From Coniocarpon cinnabarinum (lineage: Eukaryota): a DNA stretch of 45,331 bases. The position numbers were made by a program, and so were the translations under genes. The notes beneath the pieces are model-generated. The model saw nothing but the letters and a program-made list of their open reading frames with translations. It searched no databases and was not told the origin of the DNA. This document shows, one piece after another, positions 40,567 to 45,331 of this stretch (position 1 is its first letter; each line of letters starts with the position of its first letter). The stretch spans positions 1 through 45,331 of the forward strand of contig JAVECO010000180.1 in the NCBI GenBank assembly GCA_051942205.1, written 5' to 3'.

Positions 40567-41156
40567 ATGGCGCCCGCCCTCATGGCGCTGACGATCAACC
40601 TGTGCAGTGCCGCCCTGGGCGGCTATTTGCTCTATCCGCACTGCACGTAAGCCTTGCGTCGCCCGCCTGGCACCGCACTCTATACATATCACTCTGACGT
40701 TGACGCCGAAGGACTTGCATTCAAAACATGCGTGTCTATCAAAAGCCTGTGGAGCAGGCGGCAAGATATTCCCAGGTTGCCAAAGATCAGCTGGAGCAGA
40801 CGCGAGACACGCTTGGAGCCGCTTGCGTCGGGGTTCGTGGTCCATTCGCGTGCGGATGAGATGCGTCTCGCCTAATCGATGACTTGCAGTGCTTGATCAA
40901 CATGATCGCATCCCTGTATCCCTTTCTCAGGCCCACAGGCGCGACTTCACGGACAGTGCCAATTTTTCTCAGTGTCGCTAATCTTGGAACGCTGCTCGTG
41001 ACGGCATGGTCCGTGTCAGGGTTTTGGCAGGGGAAGAAGCAGGTACCCGGCGCCCCAGAATACAACGATACCGTGCAACGCACCGCTTTGATTTTCAGCT
41101 ACATGCGTTATCTAATCGCTTTGGCTGCACTGAGCTTACTCTGTTCCTTCTTCTAG
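40567..41156 (+). CDS. Small multi-pass membrane protein, 155 aa, 3 exons
   Basis: Exons 40567-40646, 40712-40832 and 40890-41156, with phase-consistent GT..AG introns and branch sites. Product MAPALMALTINLCSAALGGYLLY...IQNMRVYQKPVEQAARYSQVAKDQLEQTRDTLG...FWQGKKQVPGAPEYNDTV... has about 4 hydrophobic segments. Confidence 0.8.
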
Positions 41157-41309
41157 ATTCTCAAGGAACGACGATCAGGAATCGTGAAATGAGCGTCCAG
41201 TGTTGCACTCTATACCAACCATGCACGTGTTGCTGCTTTCGGTGGGCTTACTTGTAATTTAGGACGTCTGATCCACCAGATATTGGACATATGTCTCTGA
41301 CCTACCGTC

Positions 41310-43891
41310 TCAATCGTCGATGATATCGTCGTCGCTCAGTACCAGCTTCTCTACGTCTTCTTCACACGTTTTCAGTGTGGAGAAGCCTCTGTTTGAGAAG
41401 GCTGGATGTCGTGGTGTATTAGAGGCTTTCGATAGCTGGCGCGAAAGACCACTGGGCTCGTCCTCATTACTCTCATCGTCTGCACGCACGCCTGTGCCAT
41501 GGATTCGCACTACTTTTTCAACTTCAAGCCGCCGGTTTGTGTTCGACAGTGAAGCATTGTGTTGCGTCAAAGCCTCTGAAATCAATAGATAGTAGGGCAG
41601 ATCTTGTAAGAGCCCTCCAAGACGTGAGACTTGATTGACCATGGAAGTGCCGACATCGTTACCTGTAGGCTTTGTTGCGTGCGATAATGAGCGGGGCTGT
41701 GCCTGAGCCTCCCGCAAAACGCGACCTGGCTGGCTGACAGATTGCTCTGAGAAGTCTTTGACCCCGCCCTGTCGGGGAAGATGCTGGGAAAGCGAAGCCC
41801 GATCCACGATAAGTGTGCCGCGGCGTGCTTCGGCAAGCAGCTGGTCAAACGTGACCTTGACCTCTTCTCGAGCTCGCCACAGCTTTATATCGGTTGGGTA
41901 AAACATGCGATGAACGTCGGGTCTGTATCGTTTGTTGGCGCCTGGGTTTTCGTCCACTGCGATACGCTTCACTGGGTACGGCAGGGCATACTGCAAGCCT
42001 TTGACGCCAACGTTGAGCGCAATTTCATCCTGTCTGACGCCTTGATTGAAGGCAGGATTTTTTCTGCCAATGCCAAACTCTACGCTGGCGCTTGTCTCAA
42101 GAATATCAGCGTCTCCCAAAGCCTCAAGACAGCCTTGTACGTGTCCCAGTATCGTGTCAGCGTCAGGCGTTGTGCTAGACGGAATACAGCTAAGCAGATA
42201 GTTCTCGTGTAGGGCAGATAAAAAGGTGGAAGTGTCGGTACCAGCCGATGACAGAAGTAGGTCAGGATTCAAAGTAGAGTCAGGGCGGACGGAGCCTGCT
42301 GTTGTTGCAGCCTCATCTTGCGCCGTCACGGCGTCGTCACGTTTGTTGTACACAACCTTTCCCACAGCGTGGAAGAGCCCCAATGTGCTCTCACGCATTG
42401 ATATGAGAGCAAGTGCTGCGTTGCTTGCCGTTGAATCAGTGTCATTGTCGTTTTTGTCTAGCTGACGTCGTGAAGCTCCAGTCTTCAATTTGGACTTCTT
42501 CGCTCGCGATGGCAGCTGTGCTGTAACGATCGTGTCGAGATCTTTGCAGACGTATTCAAGGGTTGCAACAGCGCATCGCAAATCGCCAAGGCCACCCAAG
42601 TGATGCAGCACAATCGGACTGACCGGCTGTGCACGGCCCGTCGACCGCGTGTGCTTCTGTAAGACAAGTTTAAGGGCTTTCGTAATCAACGTCGGCGCGA
42701 CCGGGTTGAACTCGATGACACTTGCAGCAGGGTGATGGAGAACATCACGACCAAGTAGACGGTGTGCTGTTACGTTTTCTGAAGGTGTGTCACCTGCCAG
42801 AACTGATTCGGAGACTAAAATGATCAATGGCGTGGGCGAAGCGTCCGTTGCAGTACGTGGCGCCGTACTGGCAAGGTATTGAAGCAGCGTAGTGCGGAAA
42901 GAGTGCAGCGGCGTAGAGGAGCTCCCAGTCATATTTGGAAGCTCTTCCAGGAGAATGCAACGTCTCTTCGAACCATGATTGATTGTCTCCTGTTCGAAAG
43001 GAGCTGCGGAGGATGAGATGACCTTCAAATGTTGATATTGACCAGCACGAGATAAGAAGTCAGCCAAGTCTGAGGTTGCTGAAGGTGTTCCCATAGAATT
43101 CGCGTCAGTTAGATCCGGGCTACGCCATTCGAGCAAGGCAACACCAAGCGCTCCGCACAACAACGATATTGTAGCGGTCTTGCCACATCCCGCAGTACCT
43201 TTGAGCACCAGTAGTCGCTGATAGACACGACCACTGAAAACGCCTTCCAGCCAAGTGCGTACATCTGCGACTTTTTTGTGATGTACAGCGAGTTCCGTGA
43301 GATCTCGGGGAGCGTATAATTCGTTCCAGGGACTTGTAGTGACAGTGTTGTTTGCTTTTTGGTCCGGAGGGTCCGAAGCTGGGGGTGGTGAGTTGACAGG
43401 TAGAAAGCGGTGACCAGATTGGCGAGGTCTCTGAGGCAAGTCTGATGCGTCTCCGTTGGCGGCACTCCATGACCTCTTCTTCCTAGCTGTCGCTCCTTCG
43501 GTCCGCCGCAATTGTTCTGCAGGCTTTCCCCCCTTCACGTAATCATCTTCAATACTGTCATCGAGCTCCAGAATATCATGCTCTGGAGATCGAAAGGTTG
43601 AAGATTGCCGAATAGAGCTGTTTGCCGCAAAGAATGAATTCAGCGTTGTGTTGTTTTTCTCACTGCCGGCTGATGCTGGCTTTCTCTTCTTCACAGCAGT
43701 CTTCGTAGACTTGCGCGGTGCCGACGATTTGCTCTGTGCAATCTATTAGCCTTGAGAAACTCAGAAAGATCATGATGTTCAATGACCTCTGACTTGGACC
43801 CATGACTTCCATGCTTTGCCAGGCCTGAAGGCTTGCGCTCCTCGTCATCGGATGACAGGACTACATTGTGATATGTTTGGGCTTTAACCAT
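41310..43891 (-). CDS. RAD17: Checkpoint clamp-loader subunit Rad17 (S. cerevisiae Rad24), 2 exons, ~842 aa
   Basis: Exon 1 is 43891-43787, intron 43786-43734 (GTCATT..GCTAAT..CAG), exon 2 is 43733-41310. Motifs: PWNELYAPRDLTELAVHHKKVADVRTWL, Walker A GTAGCGKT, ILLEELP, IEFNPVAPT, GDLRCA, RESTLGLFHAVGKVVYNKR, LHENY, terminal LSDDDIIDD. Confidence 0.93.
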
Positions 43892-44082
43892 GCCGTTGAA
43901 CGCGTCGCACGGTCCGTTGCTGCCTTCCCACTTTCTTCATTTGGAAGACGATACGTAAGATGATGATGCTTCATTGATCGTAGTCTTCGACAATCACCGG
44001 CGGTGTCCAATGGACCTCCAGATGCAGGTACACATACTAGAATGAATGACTCAAATGGTTAACCCTGCCGAGGTGATTCTCC

Positions 44083-44092
44083 ATCACGTGAT
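44083..44092. promoter_or_regulatory. Palindromic E-box ATCACGTGAT in the RAD17 upstream region
   Basis: Perfect 10-bp palindrome ~190 bp upstream of the ATG. Function is inferred. Confidence 0.35.
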
Positions 44093-44130
44093 ATCTCCAC
44101 TTGCTTGTCTCTTACTTAGCAGATAGCTGG

Positions 44131-45331
44131 TGTTAGAAAATTCGGTGGTTGTAGGTCATATAACATTATTACTGTATCTAGAAGGTAAGAAGGTACCCCC
44201 TATCTTTAGAGGTTCTTAAACTTCTTACTACTAATAAATAGTTAACTAATTAATAATTATTACTATATCTTTATTTAATAGTTATAAGCCTAGAGTTATA
44301 TTTATAAGTATATTAATAACTTTTAATAATATTAATGTATAATAAATTATAAGAATAATTATTTAGTAAAGCTTTTTACCTAAATATTACTATTTATAAA
44401 AGTAGAAGATAGTAAAATAGTAATTATAATCTTTTTAAAGCTATAAGCTATAGTAGGACCTTAATTTTTTAATAGGTAGTAATATTAATAGTAAGAAGGT
44501 AAAAGATAAATAAAAAAAAAGGTTTAACTAATTAAAAGGTTAAACCTAGTAATTACTAGATTTAATATTATTTTACTAGATTTTTTTTATAAATAGGTAA
44601 CTTAAATTTTTTTTTATCTATTTATAATACTTATAAAATAAGAAACTAATAAGTAAGTACTCTATTTAGTAAGCTAAAAGATAAAAATATAAAATTATTT
44701 ATATAAAAAAATAATATAGATTTAATAATATTATCTTAAATATTATAAGTATTATATACTAAATAATTATTATTATTATAATTATAACAATTATAGGTAT
44801 TATTAGATATCTTAATACTTAGTCTACTAATCTCTTTAAAGCTATAAGTACTATTATTAAGATAGTAATTATTATTATTATTTTTTACTTATAAAAACTT
44901 TATAAAAAATAATAATATAGATATTAAATTTATTGTAATACTCTTTTTTTTTTTAAAGTAGTAAGACTATACTAAATAGTATAATACTATTAAGGTAATA
45001 GTAATAAAATTAGACATATAGTAATATATTAACTTTAATACTAAGATACTTTTTTTACTAGCTTTAACTTTTTCTATACTATAAGATTACTTTAATAAAT
45101 AAAAATATAAATTAAGTAATAAAAAGAAGTAAGAATTAAAAAAATATAAAAAAAACTATATATTTTTTAAGTCTTAATTCTATTAAATTTACTTTACTAT
45201 TATTATTATTAAAACTATAATTAAAGCTTTATTATCTACTAAATTTTTTAGCTACTTAGAAAGTAAAAATATTATATATATATAGCTTACTATACTATAT
45301 AATTAATTTAAGCTAACTAAAAAATTATATA
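44131..45331 (+). mobile_element. Heavily RIP-mutated transposon, probably the 5' end of a Ty1/Copia LTR retrotransposon (LTR ~44131-44280, PBS ~44281-44291); runs off the window
   Basis: Abrupt switch to very AT-rich, TpA-rich, CpA/TpG-depleted DNA with no ORFs. It starts TGTTAG, and 150 bp later TTTAATA-GTTATAAGCCT is what C>T/G>A mutation would make of ...CAACA-(G)GTTATGAGCCC, the Copia LTR end plus PBS. RIP origin is high confidence; the Copia assignment is moderate. Confidence 0.75.

Noticed and set aside
44520..44560. Hairpin GGTTTAAC..GTTAAACC followed by CTAG as a Helitron 3' end
   Set aside because: It lies inside uniformly RIP-mutated AT-rich DNA where palindromes arise by chance, with no compositional boundary after it.
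1..45331. Starship captain (DUF3435 tyrosine recombinase), tRNA/rRNA genes, secondary-metabolite cluster
   Set aside because: No recognisable motifs for any of these in the window; detection by eye is limited, especially for tRNAs and snoRNAs.

Overview
Intron-containing filamentous ascomycete (Pezizomycotina-type) genomic DNA. From left to right: the 3' end of a GH13 alpha-amylase, an orphan last-exon fragment of STE24, a hypothetical protein, YAE1 and SDH1. Next comes a head-to-head pair made of a HeLo-domain/probable pseudokinase gene (MLKL-like architecture) and a 4-exon non-RD kinase-Sel1-ankyrin gene. These are followed by a small 2-exon CxxC/CxxC zinc-ribbon gene missed by the ORF track, a large secreted Ser/Thr-rich protein, ATG29 (with a 10-nt micro-exon), palI and a ~2 kb minisatellite patch. 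After that lie an MscS-family EF-hand channel whose frame stays open for 175 more sense codons past two in-frame TAGs, a hypothetical protein with RF-x-[PV] repeats, a small 3-exon membrane protein and RAD17. The window ends in an AT-rich, RIP-type mutated element that appears to start with a Copia-like LTR and primer-binding site. The best candidate for a new system is the HeLo-pseudokinase / kinase-ankyrin pair, a possible necroptosis-like module; second is the double-TAG MscS extension. All calls come from reading motifs and splice signals by eye, and no database searches were run.
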